This document shows positions 26,839 to 40,111 of a DNA stretch of 64,000 bases, piece by piece. The translations under genes and the position numbers were made by a program. The stretch's first letter is position 1, and each line of letters opens with the position of its first letter. The DNA is from Eledone cirrhosa (taxonomy: Eukaryota): positions 79,732,001 through 79,796,000 of the forward strand of contig OZ024745.1 of the NCBI GenBank assembly GCA_964016885.1. The letters are read 5' to 3'. The notes beneath the pieces were generated by a model. That model did not search any database, was not told where the DNA came from, and worked only from the letters and a program-made list of their open reading frames with translations.

Positions 26839-26839
<1 letters not shown>
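25987..26839 (-). mobile_element. Internally deleted mariner transposon with TA target duplication
   Basis: TIR cgaggtgggtcagaaaagtt / aacttttctgacacacctcg; transposase remnant 26053-26511 with EDDPRSGRP, TSDESWIFEYDPE and QGDYFEG. Confidence 0.93.
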
Positions 26840-26921
<82 letters not shown>

Positions 26922-26935
26922 CTCACGAATGCATC

Positions 26936-26989
<54 letters not shown>

Positions 26990-27439
26990 GTCATTTTCCC
27001 TCATATATAGAACATTGGATGTTATTCAGCTGGTAGTTCGTGTAAACAGATGCATGCTGGGAGGAAGGTCTGTAAATGCTTCATTTACAAAAATAGATAT
27101 ATTAACAAGAACAGCATTATACTTGCCGAATTCTCTTCGTTCTCTGTCGAACATATGGCAACGATAATCTGTTTCCATTTAGTTTGCATAGTCACATTTA
27201 TTTTAATATGATGATATTGTAGAGAATATAATGATATTTTAGAGAGAGTAGAATAATGATGTAGGAAAGTAGATGACAATTTTTTACACAATCTGAACCC
27301 AAGCCTTGTTATCTATGGTGGTGAATGCAGATTTCACAGGAAACTGCTTCCTTTGAACCTCAAAGGGAAATTCTGGTTCTTCGTTGATGTGAGGTAATCT
27401 TAATATGAAACAGCTACTTACCTGTACAGCACCCGAAAC

Positions 27440-27960
27440 ATAAAATTAGTTGTGATATAACATGTGCCAATGCAACAGACATTTTTCGGTTCTACGTCCC
27501 GCAGCAGCATTATCCAGAGCCATTTTAATTGCTAGTATACGTGGTGGAATCCATTTCTCATCTCACTCAACAACAGATCGAAGGCCATTATCAAGACCAG
27601 CTGCCAATTCAACTTTATCAAACACCAGACCTTCGATTAAGAGAAGAATAAAGAGTTATGTTTTCAGCATAGACACCAAGCTGCGAAAATATGTTATAGG
27701 GAAGATCGTTGATTAAAATTAAGAATAGAATAGGACTCAGGATAAAGCCGTGGGTGACACCTGTATTTATGTGGAAATACTTTGAAGACTGGCCATTCAA
27801 GACAACCTTAAATTCGCAATTTCATAAGTTTTCAAATCCGTCCAGAAACACCGTAGCCCCTCAACTTATGGATATCAGCGTGCCAAACCTTGTAAAAATC
27901 ACGGAGAGGGTGATATGCATACTGCACAGTAGTGCATCAATTTTAAACGGAAATCAGGTG
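27440..27960 (-). pseudogene. CR1/L2/Jockey-group reverse transcriptase remnant
   Basis: LNGQSS...INTGVTHGFILSPILFLILINDLP...YAENITLY resembles GVPQGSILGP.LF.I.INDLP...YADD. Confidence 0.75.
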
Positions 27961-28039
27961 AAAATGCTCCAGTTGTGTCGATAGTAGAATTGGAAGAGAA
28001 TTTCTGAGCGAAATATTGAGCTTTTTCAATAGAAGTAAA

Positions 28040-28185
28040 CCACTCTGAGCAGGTAGTTCAATTATCGATCACAAAAAGGTGAAAAGTGAAATTGACCTCG
28101 GCTGTGTATGAATTAAAAGTACAGATAGCCGGAATAAAACATTACAAGACACTTAATCCAACACTTTAACAACTTTGCCAACTCA
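28040..28185 (-). mobile_element. Old SINE copy
   Basis: Reverse complement resembles the SINE body (ccgaggtcaatttcacttttcacc...tcgataa). Confidence 0.55.
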
Positions 28186-28607
28186 TTATATTGTTTCATG
28201 ACATTTCTGTAAAATATAAAAAAACAAACAAACAAATACAATTAAAAGCGAATGGTGATACTCGAAATTACGTTCAGTTGACGCCTTTAATGGATGTCAT
28301 ATGCATTGGCACTCGCATTTAAGCTGATTTTTTTAAAATCTTGAAATAAATGCAGACATCAGTTTACGGTTAGAATACTTTATATACTCAACGGGCATCA
28401 TCACAATAAGGCTTTCTATATTTCTCCACGTTTCTAAACTGCCAACTGAACAAGTCAGCTTTTGTCTTCTAATTACAGTATACAGTAAAATATAATTCGA
28501 ACTAGAGACTATAAATTTTAAGAAAAATTTAACAAAATAAGGCATAATTGGTTTCTTGTTCTTATTTTATTCTTTTATTTTTAATTATTATTGGTTGTTG
28601 TTGTTGT

Positions 28608-29590
28608 CCGTTCGTTTATAGACACGTGCTACAGATCGTTCTCGTAAGTTTGTTGTTATTCCATTGTTAACCAACGTATTTTGTTGAACATTTGACATCA
28701 TTTTATAGTTAAACTAATCAGTAGCTTCGTGAGCTGCTTAGCTTTTCTTTAGGGGGCTAAACCTGTGTTAGTTTGCCAACACCCACCTCAATTCTTTTCA
28801 AAATAAGATGGCGAACGACAAAAATTCCTCCACTGAATTGAACAGAGGGCTGTCCACAAGGTTCAATAACCAAAGTTCCAAGAACAGCAGCAACAACAAC
28901 AGCTTTACAAGGGAAAATTAGGCGAAATTCTCGCTTTTAAAAACTTCACGAAAAGAACTCAATATAAAATCAACAACAAAAACAACACCAATTCTAACAC
29001 GAACATTGCCACCACCGACCATCAACACCATTACCACCACTACTACCACTACTGCACAACAAAAATATTACAGAAATAAAATAAAAATAGCCGTAACACA
29101 GACAACAACGATAACACAAATAGCAAAATCAACAATAACAACAATAACAACAATTATAACAACAACAACAACATCAAAACATTTGCAGTAACCGCTGTCA
29201 AAGGGACCGAGAACTGTTGTAGAAAAAGACATTCTTGGTCCATGTCGCCAAACTAATAAAAGTGGAAAAGTCATGGGCTGACGTAGCCATCCCCCAATAA
29301 GGCAGAAACCCCACTGGACGGTAAGTTGGTGGTTCAAGATGTGAGAAATAATGAAGGTGGTGCTTTTAGACTAGCTATCCGGAGGACTGGAACGGCATCT
29401 TAGATTCACGTTGGAACTGTGAGGGACTAGCCGATAGAATTAGGGGATGCAAAAGCCTCAAGAACTTAATTAGACAATTCCAACTATTGAGGAATTCTGT
29501 TGTTAATTATTTATTGTTAATTGTTATTTGTTTTCCTTTCTTAAACGTTTTATGTAAATCTTCACTGTCTCTGTCCTTTTGTTACCCTAA
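28608..29590 (+). mobile_element. Heavily deleted Tx1-type remnant related to copy A
   Basis: 29316-29487 aligns with copy A endonuclease DNA at 3252-3506 (with a deletion); 29550-29585 resembles the copy A 3' UTR; UTR-like hairpins and aagATGgcg upstream. Confidence 0.7.
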
Positions 29591-30098
29591 AAACCTTTCG
29601 TCGGAACACCATTTCAGTTACTTGTATTCCATTACGTGGGTAAAGAAATCACAACATAGCATTATACTCAGAAGCGTGGTTTCATTTTCCTTAACCATAT
29701 ATTTGCAGTATTTGATTCAGCAGATAATAACAAAACATTTAAATAAATATATTTTATATTTATATTGGTTTTCATTGTCTTTTCTGACATTTTAATTAAA
29801 TTCTAGTTTTTATCATCTTTAACAATTTATTTATTATATTTATATCCATTTTTATTTTCACTGGAATTTTTGCGCAAAATATTTAACGATGTGAACAATT
29901 AGCGATTTGAAAGGGTAAAAAAAAATGAAATAATCAAATTTTTACAAATATTAAATGGCCTAATATTTCAGAACTTTTCTTTTTATTACCGTGCACATAA
30001 AATACTTTCTGTCTTTTGACATCAGGTAAAACGTCGAAAGATCTCGTGAGCAGGATTTTTAATATTTAAAAAAAATCACCTTTGAGAAAGTAATACTT

Positions 30099-30146
<48 letters not shown>

Positions 30147-30767
30147 AACTAGTTTATCTTTGCTATATATATATATATATATATAATATGTCTGTATATC
30201 TATGTATTTATACGTATATATATATGTGTGTGTGTGTGTGTTCGTGTGTGTATGCGCGTGAGTGTGTGTGTATGTATAACAATGTAACACACGAAAAAAA
30301 CGAAACACAAGAGACGAACGAACAAAATCATCTATTTCTCTCGACAGCTCCACCCTAGGCAATGCGATTTTGTGCATACTATTGAGCCTAGATTGCACAA
30401 CAGCTTCAAAAAGCTACCGGAAAGGTGCATATAAGACAACAACACAGATAGAGAAAATCAACTGAGTATCTTTCAACTAGGACAGCAAAGGGGGTACATA
30501 TACAAGAATAAAAAGTCTTACGACTGGAAAAATCATGATGTATGAAGGAGAGAAATATAAATATATTGTCATTAAAAAAGAGGAGAGAGAGAAAGTTGTC
30601 GCGCTGGTAAGCAAATTGCAAGTTAGAAGGAACACATAGCGTTACAGTAGTAATAAATAGTAAAGATGTACAGGTACAAAAAAAATAACGAAACATAGTG
30701 GGCGAACTAACAAAAGCACTCAACCTCCTCGCCAGCCACACTCTGATCAATGCAATTTTGTGAATAT

Positions 30768-32236
30768 TCAAGGAGACAATCTCTGTGTGATGCTATTTAT
30801 GCTGTCCATAAACCCCTTGTCCTTTCTGCTGAAGAAATATAAAGGATACATAATTGGCTCACAGGAGGACAGGAATACAAACCCAACCCATTTGTGGATG
30901 ACCTGAAACTCTATACCAAGAACATAAATGGGATGAAGAAAAACCTTGACCTGGTTACTACATTCTCGAAAGATATTTGAATGGAGTTTGGCCAGGATAA
31001 ATGTTCCTATACTAAAACAGGAAAAAAACTACAAACCTATCTAGCAACATCACTATCAATGGCCTGACTGTTCCACCGGTCTCTGACGAGCACTGCTACA
31101 TATACTTAGGGGTAGTTGAAAATATATCATATGATGGTATTTGCAACAAGGAACGAGCATCTAGGGAATATAACATCCGAATAAGATAAATATGTAGTCC
31201 GCAATGTGTTTGCTGTGCCTTGGAGGCTAGATGACATCCGAGTCATTGATATTGAAACCAGAAAAATCCTAACCAGCACCGGAAATTTCTACATAAACAC
31301 TGACATTGACTACGCCTACCTGAAACGAAAACAAGGAGGCAGAGGCTTAACATCAGTCTAAACAACACTCGAGTGTCACATCATATTTTTCTGACATCTA
31401 CGAACCACCATGTGTAGAAGCCCATCTATATAATAGACCTGTGTACATGAAGCAGATGATATCATAAAAGTTGGGAAGGAGCTTCTTGAGAAATACTCCC
31501 TGCATGATAGAATCAGCGAAAAACCCAAAACATAAAAAGGCATGTCTACGTTGCCAGAAAGCGTCATAAGCAAAGTAGCCTATCTTGGACCAACAACCGC
31601 TACACTGTCTCTCGCTTTGAAGGATATGCTTTTGAAATCCAACAACAGGAAAATACAATGAAATATCTAATGCACGAAAGAGATAGTGATGCAGACAAAA
31701 CACATGTGACAACACATGTAGACTCTGCGGAATAAACATCGAATGTCACCCACATCATAAGCAACGGTCCAATGATATCACGATACTATCTACCTATGAG
31801 GCATGATATAGTGGCCAGAGCACTATACAATGCAATCCGTAGAAAGGATAGCTCTGAGAATAGAAGGCATGCACAGTAGTGGAAATAAACTGCCCAGCAG
31901 ATCTTAATATAATGCTAAAGATTAACGAAAAGGAAAACATTTATGCCGAACTAATGAGGAATCTGCAAATACTCCATCCTGACTATACTTTTAGGTTTGT
32001 ACCTGCGATAATTGGGGCTCTGGGATATGTTACTAATTGCCTCAGTACAAATCTTGAGAAGCCGGGCTTCACAAAACCAGAAAGGGCACGGCTAGTTAGG
32101 AAGTTGCAAGTACAGTCCATTAATGGAACTGTAAAAATATGTAAAACATTTCAGAAATTCAGCATGTAATAACTGCATGTACTCTTGTATAGATATAAAA
32201 ACATATGCACCTGTACATATGCAATAATACTCATAC

Positions 32237-32287
<51 letters not shown>

Positions 32288-32400
32288 CATACGTACGTAT
32301 TTACCTATTGGTGTCTAAATTCCAATGAAACAGTTTTGTGTCTATGTTAAAAACCGGCTGCCTCTTTCTATTGGTGAAAATTTATAAAATAAAACTAGAA
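30768..32400 (+). mobile_element. 5'-truncated, degenerate R4/Dong-like non-LTR element (RT plus restriction-like endonuclease)
   Basis: QGDNL...INPLS, FVDDLKLY, FSKDI*MEFGQDKC, YLG, GGRGL, CRLC...RHDIVA, EINCP...EKENIY; 3' end abuts (CATA)n. Confidence 0.82.
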
Positions 32401-32414
32401 CACATACACATACA

Positions 32415-32443
<29 letters not shown>

Positions 32444-32445
<2 letters not shown>

Positions 32446-33390
32446 GGTGGCTGCCAACTCGTTTTCGAGTACGGCCACTACTTTATATCCATGTAGGAGA
32501 ACCCCTACCGATGCGCTGAACGAGTGTGACTTTTTAGTCCAGCCAGCGACTTGAAAACTCTGGTACAAACACTACACTTGTGACAATTATTGACACATAA
32601 TGCTGGGCCCATGGTACCATGTGACGACAAGTGCAGAGAGATCTCCAGATATAAAGCAATGCCTGTGCCGTGAAGCTTTTATAGTGAGCAAAGGCACTGC
32701 ACAAAGCCAGTCCCACTCTCTTAACCAAGATGATATTTACCAAAAAGAAGAACAAGTCAACATCATTGGATACCATCAGGGTTGCAGGTGTTATATCAGA
32801 GTTTTCCTTCTACTAGAATTCTGCCTTGACAAAGGCTAAGGGGTCATCTCTCCCGGTGCTTTTGGATGGCTATTGACTCTTAAGAGCTCCTTTGCCCTTT
32901 GACAGGTTTTGTTTTTAGTCCATACATACATACATACATACATACATACATACATACATACATACATACATACATACATACATACACGATGGCTGCAAAC
33001 TCTGCTAAGAGTACTGCAATTATTTGGATGATTATAGAGTTTGGTGCACTTTTAGGCTACGGCCAGTCACACAAACCTGTAACATATCCTGAACAAGCTT
33101 TTTAAGTGGAGAAAAGCCTTGCACTCGACCAATCCCACTCTCTGAGCATCGAAAACACGAACAGGAGAACTGGTCAACATTATCGGATGCTTTTGAAACC
33201 GCAGGTTTTTTTTTCAGAGTTTCTCTCTCCTAGAAAGGTGTTGTGACAACAACTGGGGGCCTTTCACTCCCAGGTGAAAAACAAAAGTACTATTTGGATG
33301 GCTGTTGACTCTGCTGAGTTCCTCCGCCCTTTGCCGGGTCTTGTATTTCATCCTGCAGGGTGTCCAAATATAACCCTCCTCACCAAGTTT
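32444..33390 (-). mobile_element. Two related non-coding retroposons (32444-32920, 32988-33390) embedded in (CATA)n
   Basis: First matches 17016-17391; second is a diverged relative sharing atcccactctc, gtcaaca, cagagttt..ctcctaga and tttggatggct.ttgactct. Confidence 0.7.
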
Positions 33391-33421
33391 ACATACATAC
33401 ATACATACATACATAAATACA

Positions 33422-33453
<32 letters not shown>

Positions 33454-33612
33454 GACAGACAGACAGACAAATTCCAGAAGTTGTTCATCACCAACATCAC
33501 ACTCTGTTTCTTTTCTTTGATTTTGAAAAAGATTTAATAACCTTGAAATATCTTTAAATATATGATAAAACTGTAAACTGTAAACTGTTGTTTGTTTTTA
33601 TTATTTTACTCT

Positions 33613-33722
33613 ACGCTTTACGGGGTCGATGAAATAAAGTACCAGTAACGCACTGGGGTCGATTTAGTCGACTTTCTCCACACCTTTCAAATTGCTGGCC
33701 TTGTGCCAAAGGTAAAAACAAT
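33613..33722 (+). mobile_element. 3' part of SINE
   Basis: ttacggggtcgatgaaataaagtaccagtaacgcactggggtcgat. Confidence 0.75.
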
Positions 33723-34340
33723 TATTTTATTCTACTCTGGTTCTTCTTCTGTTATGATTGAGCAAACTTATGACCAAAAATATCACAGCCGTAAACATCT
33801 CACCAGTTTCGTAGGCTCAGTGCAGCCGAGACCCTATTATCTTCCATTATTCCTTTCTGTTCTAAAATGTTAAGGGTGCATGATATGAGGAGTAAGTTTT
33901 GACATCTATTTCTCGCAGTTTGATCGATGAGGAAGAGACTCCTTCATTGAATGTTATATTGTACCATAACTTCTACGAGACATGTGTATTGCATTGAATA
34001 GCTTTTTATGAGTTTTCAACAGTAACTTTTATATTAACCAAAAACAATAATCAGATATGGTTTTGTTGTCATAATGATTAGGACGTGAATATTGACTTAT
34101 ATATTTCTTTATGCAGCAATTCCTATAAAACGGAAGAAAACAACACAAAGCATTCATATTCTACTTCATGTCAATAACAGGCTAACGAAACTATCAAGTT
34201 CTTCACAGCTGATCTTTCAAGGGAATACATGTCAAACACTTCCCATACACGGCCTATACATGACGTAAAACTGGCACAACTTTCGTAAACAAACTTTTAG
34301 TCATTCGATTCATTTCATCAGCTAGCAAACAGCAACAAAA

Positions 34341-34423
34341 ACAGATATAACTAAAAGAATAACAAAAACAGACATAACTAAAAGAATAACAAAAACAGAC
34401 ATAACTAAAAGAATAACAAAAAC
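34341..34423. repeat. 27-bp minisatellite, three copies
   Basis: acagacataactaaaagaataacaaaa. Confidence 0.85.
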
Positions 34424-35700
34424 ATTAACAATAAGGACGGCTGCAGCAACGCCTTAACTGACGATAACAACAACAACAGCAATAATAAATAAACAACAGT
34501 ATTAATTTGAAAAATAATATCAACTACGACAGTAACATCAGCAATATTAAAAGAAAAGAAACGGCGTCCTGGCTACTTTTGGTACCGCCTTCTCATGGAA
34601 TAAGGTGTTACCAGAACGGTACGAGGAGAGACAAAAGCTTCAAGAACAACAACTCTTTCTTCTTCTAGACTAAAGGTTCTCAACGGGGGGCATATGCCCC
34701 CCAAGGGCGTTTCGTAGCTCCAGGGGGCGTTATGCAATAAAGGGGCGTTAGGAGGGCGTTATGCAGTAAGGGGGCGTTTGAAACTTTGAGGGTGCTAGAA
34801 GCCCCTTTAGTTTGGTAAGTTTTATAAGTCATATTTGTACATCTCTTAGACAGTCAGTGATTTGAATGAAGAAAACAAAGAAAATAAATTAAAGAAGCTT
34901 GTCAACGAATTCCCTAGGGAGATAAAAGAAAATCAAAAGAAATCAAAGAGGTTGAAAGTAAGGACTACTTCAACAGAAATGACAAGAAGCAATGGTGGTG
35001 AACATACACACACATACATACATACACACACACATATATACACATACATACACACACATATATACACACACAGGCCAGCGTTAGTGTTTGATGAAGTTGA
35101 GAACCTGGTCAGCTTTCAGCCAGAAGTGTGGTATTTAAACTCCCTAGGTAATAAAATCTGGCGACAAAAATGTTCTCCTTACCAAAAAAAGAAGACATAG
35201 ATCATATCAACATCCTTACACACTTAAATATAAATGCATGTATATATACAAATCTATAAATGCATAGCTATATACATACGTAAATGTATGTATATATGTA
35301 TGTATGTAGATTTATATATATATATACATATATCAAAACAACAAACAGCGAAGGACGCGTTCCGGACTTGTCCGACAGACAACCTTTTCCCCCACCCCGG
35401 AAAAAACCCCAGTTGATGGATGTGAATCCGAAATATATAGGAACTATTAAATCTCTCCCAAGGTAACTCTCTCTTGTGTTGTTATTTTTATTTTATCCTT
35501 TATACTCTTCCCTTCATTCTACACATCTCACACATCTTATACACACCACGCATCTCAACGTACACCCACTTACATCTCTCTCTCCACCACCGGACCTTGT
35601 TACCCGGAGATTTACCCATTTGCATTGTCGAGGCTTCCAAACGACTTAAAGATATTTACTTATTGTTCCACAATGCTTCAAGCAAACTTGAATACTCTCT

Positions 35701-35741
<41 letters not shown>

Positions 35742-36490
35742 GGGATAACAGATTATTGTTATAGGTAGTCGACTTAGGTGTAGTCCAGTTAGGGTACTCC
35801 GAGTAGTGGATTGTATCAACGCTTGGCTAAGCTTGACTCAACAAGGCGTTTCCATAGTGATACTGCGAGTACGCGGTGATTTCTATGTTGTTTACACTTG
35901 GAGTAATGATAAAACAAGAAAGAAGAGTCACACGGTTTGCTATACAAAAAAGGTTTTTAATCACTTTGCTGACAATTGTTTCTCTGAACTGGTAGGTCTA
36001 GAGATCGCTACCCACCTGTTTTCGCGTCAATCGATCACCAATACATCACCGAAAATGTACTTGGATTTAGGTTCATCTGTTGAGAATCAAGCGTGAGGAA
36101 GTTGTGTTGACAGCAGCTGAGAAGGGATATATTTATGGGTTGATAAGATATTTGCAGACATTACTGTGGTATAGAATTAAGAAGGCTAGAATCTACTTAA
36201 TGAGTGTAATAGTTCTGTGGTGGTCCGTGTAATAGCGTGGATATCATAGGTTGAATGCTAAGTTATGTTGGTTCGATTCACGATGGCTTAAATCTTGTGA
36301 ATTTAGTGGCGATCCTGTGTCTGCAGAAAATTGATCTTTCTATCTTATTGTTGAGTATCCTTTTCTCATCCCTAGGAATGAGAAAAGGCTACTCAACAAT
36401 AAGATAGAAAGATCAATTTTCTGCAGACACACTGCATTCCTAGGAATGAGAAAAGGCTACTCAACAATAAGATAGAAAGATCAATTTCTT
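35742..36490 (-). mobile_element. 3' end of a Penelope-like element with fold-back at the truncation point
   Basis: Minus strand encodes LNNKIERSIFCRHRIATKF, resembling a Penelope-type ORF C-terminus; GAAAcaattgTC at 35971-35982; hairpin 36317-36430; ends at (TA)n. Confidence 0.65.
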
Positions 36491-36769
36491 GACAATTATT
36501 CAGATGTCCCTATTTCTTTACAAGAGGCAACAAATGAGTTTGGCACCAACATTGCATCCAGAGCTAATGTTATTCTTACGTGTCACTCTCCGGGCCAATG
36601 TGTTCTTGGATTGCACGTTGTAGTTCCATTACTTCAATTCCTTGAAGGATTGAAGAAATCTTTTCAAAGTACCACCTTCAATCTAGGTAGCATATTGCTT
36701 CTTTGAACTGTTCGACTCTATCATTGAGTTTCTTCGAGGACGCAACACAGAACTGTATAAAAAAAACCT

Positions 36770-37438
36770 CGATGTCAGGCAAGACTGCGCCTACCTCGCC
36801 GACATCTTCGACAAATGCAATAGCCTCATTATGGCTTTGCAGGAGGAGAAGATCACCTTGTTTAAAGCAAGGAATGCTGTGAAAATATTCCTGGCCAAAT
36901 TGTAAGTCATCGAAAGGAATCTTTGTCGACGGGAATTCTATAATTTTCCTAGTGTCGCCAATGTTCAAAACATTGTGAGCAACTCCAAATTTATACCGCG
37001 CACCTCCGTGTACTACAAGACAACATGAGAGAACGGTTTGTCGACCTTTTGCAGATGGACATCCCAATGTGGATAGCAGATCTCTTCATAGCTAACGTCG
37101 ACGATTTCGACGTTAAATTTCAGGAAGAATTAATTGAACTTCAGACAGATGACATTATCAAAATTAAATTTTCCAAAATAGGTGAACCCCTGTTTTGGAT
37201 GCAAGAGGAAATTCAGCGTCGATTTCCACTCCTACATGCAGAGGCTAAGAGATTTGCTTTGCCTTTTCCTAGCTCATACTTAGTCGAGAGGGGGTTTGGC
37301 GTTGTTTCCAGACTGCATAGTAAGGCTCGCAACCGCTACAATGTGATTGCACGTGGAGATCTCCGGCTACAGCTCACGAAAATCTAGCCTGACGTCAAAG
37401 AGTTAGCTAAACTCCATGAAGTTCAAGGGTCTCATTGA
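36770..37438 (+). pseudogene. hAT (Buster/Charlie-like) transposase C-terminal remnant
   Basis: AYLADIF..., FQEELIELQTD, FW, LPFPSSYLVERGF, KARNR...RGDLRL, ending QGSH*. Confidence 0.85.
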
Positions 37439-39082
37439 CACAAGGTCAAAGTAAGTCGATTTTTTATTTGGTCTTACTGGACTGGAAACCATCTACCACA
37501 ATTCACTTAGTCATTTGTTGTATATATTTTACCGTTTACTAATGAATATACCCTCTTACGGGGTCATGAAAACCCTCTTGCGTGGTCTCTAAGCTCACAA
37601 AGCGGAGGGGACATCAAGTTAGATATCAACATTTATTCTGTCCGTTTCATTAAAGGGAAAATTGGAAAGCTTTGAAATAATACAATTGCCACTTTCTTCC
37701 AGATAAGAGCATTCTTTGGATAGACAGAGTTGGTCTTGTATAAATATTCAAAATAGCTGGTATCGTCTGGTGGGAATATAACAAATTCAACTGGTCTTTA
37801 TTCATAAAAAAAGAACATTTATGTTCCTTTTTTTGAAATTTATATACTTCCTTTCAAGGAATGTATTTATACTTTCAACTGCCTGCAATGGTATCTTTGG
37901 AATATCGTTAATCAATGTTTTATTAATCTACTGATATCAAAATCAGTAGTATATTGAAAAATGGAAAATTAGGGTAGGGGGCGTTTCGTGATTTTGAGGG
38001 GCAGCTGAAAGTATAAATATATTCCTTAAAATTTTGAGTGGCAGTTGAAAGTATAAATACATTCCTTAAAATCATGTTGTGATAAATACGCTTGCTTAAA
38101 TTTCCCTGACGTACTATATAGTTTCCGCAATTCATTCACGTAATCTAGAACAGTTTTGATAAGTGAAGTTTGTTGTACGGACTTAGTTATAATAAGTTGA
38201 GAAATATGAATGCCGCAGTGCACGTAATGCGTCAAATCAGGTTATGTTAGAATCTTTAAAAAGATCTTTAAAAAATACCCGTACGAATTAAATACAAAAA
38301 AAGTTTCAGTCCAAAACAAAAGCAAACTATTTCAAATTATATATTTTTGAAAAATAGACGTGAATGTTCTCAAAGACTTGATTTCAGTCGAAAAAGCTTT
38401 TTTTTAAATTCTATATTTCACTGTTAGCTGTTGTAATATTTTGATTGGATAAACAATTCTACAATTCAAACTGTAAAGTCAAAATACGAAAGATGTAAAA
38501 TATGAAGGATTTCTTACCTTTCTCTGAAATCACAAACTCAGGGAAAAATAGTACCTTGCAAAATAAAATACCTCGTAGCAAAATAAAATAATTAGCAACG
38601 AATGAATTGAGAAGCTTGGAGACAGTGAGAAAGTAGTATTTGTATCCCTTATATATGTATACATAAATAGATACACAGACACACACAAACACACATAGAC
38701 GCGCACGCACACACACACACACACATACACACACATACACACACATATATATATATATATACATACACACACACAAACTTGTGTGTGTGTGTGCCTTGGT
38801 TTGGGTACAGAAAGAATTTTGTCTACAGTTATTGCCAGGTCAAAGGCCACTGCTCTTTTCAACAACGTCAAATAACAACCCCCCTCTCTCTATATATATA
38901 AATGAAGAGAGAAAGAGGGAGGGACTGAGAGAGTAAGAAATGTGTGTGTGTTTGGTACAGGTTTATCTATCTATCTATCTATTTATCTCCAACAGGGGGC
39001 TCACACATGCGGCCCGCGAACTACTTATCTGTGGCCCGTGGTAGAACCAATATTTCATATCGCATTATAACTGGTGAAAATA

Positions 39083-39287
39083 AGGCGGCGAGCTGGTGGA
39101 ATCGTTACCACATCTGGCGAAATACTTAACGGTACTTCTTCCGTTTTTACGTTCTGAGTTCAAATTACGCCGATCTCAACTTTGCCTTACATCCTTTTGG
39201 GGTCGATGAATTAAGTACCAGTTGTGTACTCGGATCGATGCAATCGACTGAATCCTAAACTTCATGCCTTGTTCCTATAGTAGAAAT
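39083..39287 (+). mobile_element. tRNA-derived SINE
   Basis: ggcggcgagctggtggaatcgtta...gagttcaaatt...ggggtcgatgaattaagtaccagt. Confidence 0.8.
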
Positions 39288-39391
39288 GATTATAACTGGT
39301 GAAAGTTTTCACCCACCACCATATTTGGCCCACTGTGCCTCTCCTCCAGGACGTAATAGCCCTTTTGTGTCCTTGAGTTTGAGACCCCTCT

Positions 39392-39434
<43 letters not shown>

Positions 39435-39651
39435 TTTACTTTTTTTCTGTCTCTTGACTACGCCCATGCTGGAGCATCACCTTGGTAAGTTATGAGGACG
39501 TCAACAAACCAACAAGCATTGGTGGGAGGGCAAACACAAACGCAAAGACACACACAGACATATATACATATATACGACGGGCTTCTTTTAGTTTCTATCT
39601 AAATCCACTCACAGGGCTTTGGTCGTATATATGTATGTATGTATGTAGATT

Positions 39652-39684
<33 letters not shown>

Positions 39685-39688
39685 GAAG

Positions 39689-39731
<43 letters not shown>

Positions 39732-39822
39732 AAAGTTAAACAAGGTTCAATGAATACACCAAAGAATGAGTTTTACAATAGATTGGAAGCACTCAACAGA
39801 AAAAGGTTTTCCAGAGTTATTA

Positions 39823-40060
39823 ATATTAATTCAAAATATTAATAATATAGATATTCTTGTGATCAATTATATTTTATTATACATATTTCAGAGGTACTGA
39901 CTAAATCTTAACCATCTAATATATCAGGGTATGTCATGTATCATTTCATTTTATCTGATGAGGGCGTACTGTTCAACTTAACTCAGTACCTCAGAAATAT
40001 GTTTAATAAAATATAATTGATCACAAGAATATCTATTTTGTTAATATTTTGAATTAATAT
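39823..40060 (+). ncRNA. Type I hammerhead motif (39948-40012) within an ~80-bp-arm inverted repeat
   Basis: attttat-CTGATGA-ggg.gtactg..cagtac ctc a-GAAA-tatgtt-TA-ataaaat; 39823-39900 is the inverted copy of 39982-40060. Confidence 0.72.
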
Positions 40061-40073
40061 ATATAAATATATG

Positions 40074-40104
<31 letters not shown>

Positions 40105-40111
<7 letters not shown>

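Noticed and set aside
35345-35445. Two further hammerhead-like halves (ggat..atccGAAAtataTA and ggac..gtccGGAAcgcgTC)
   Set aside because: The CUGANGA cores are not recognisable; too decayed to call.
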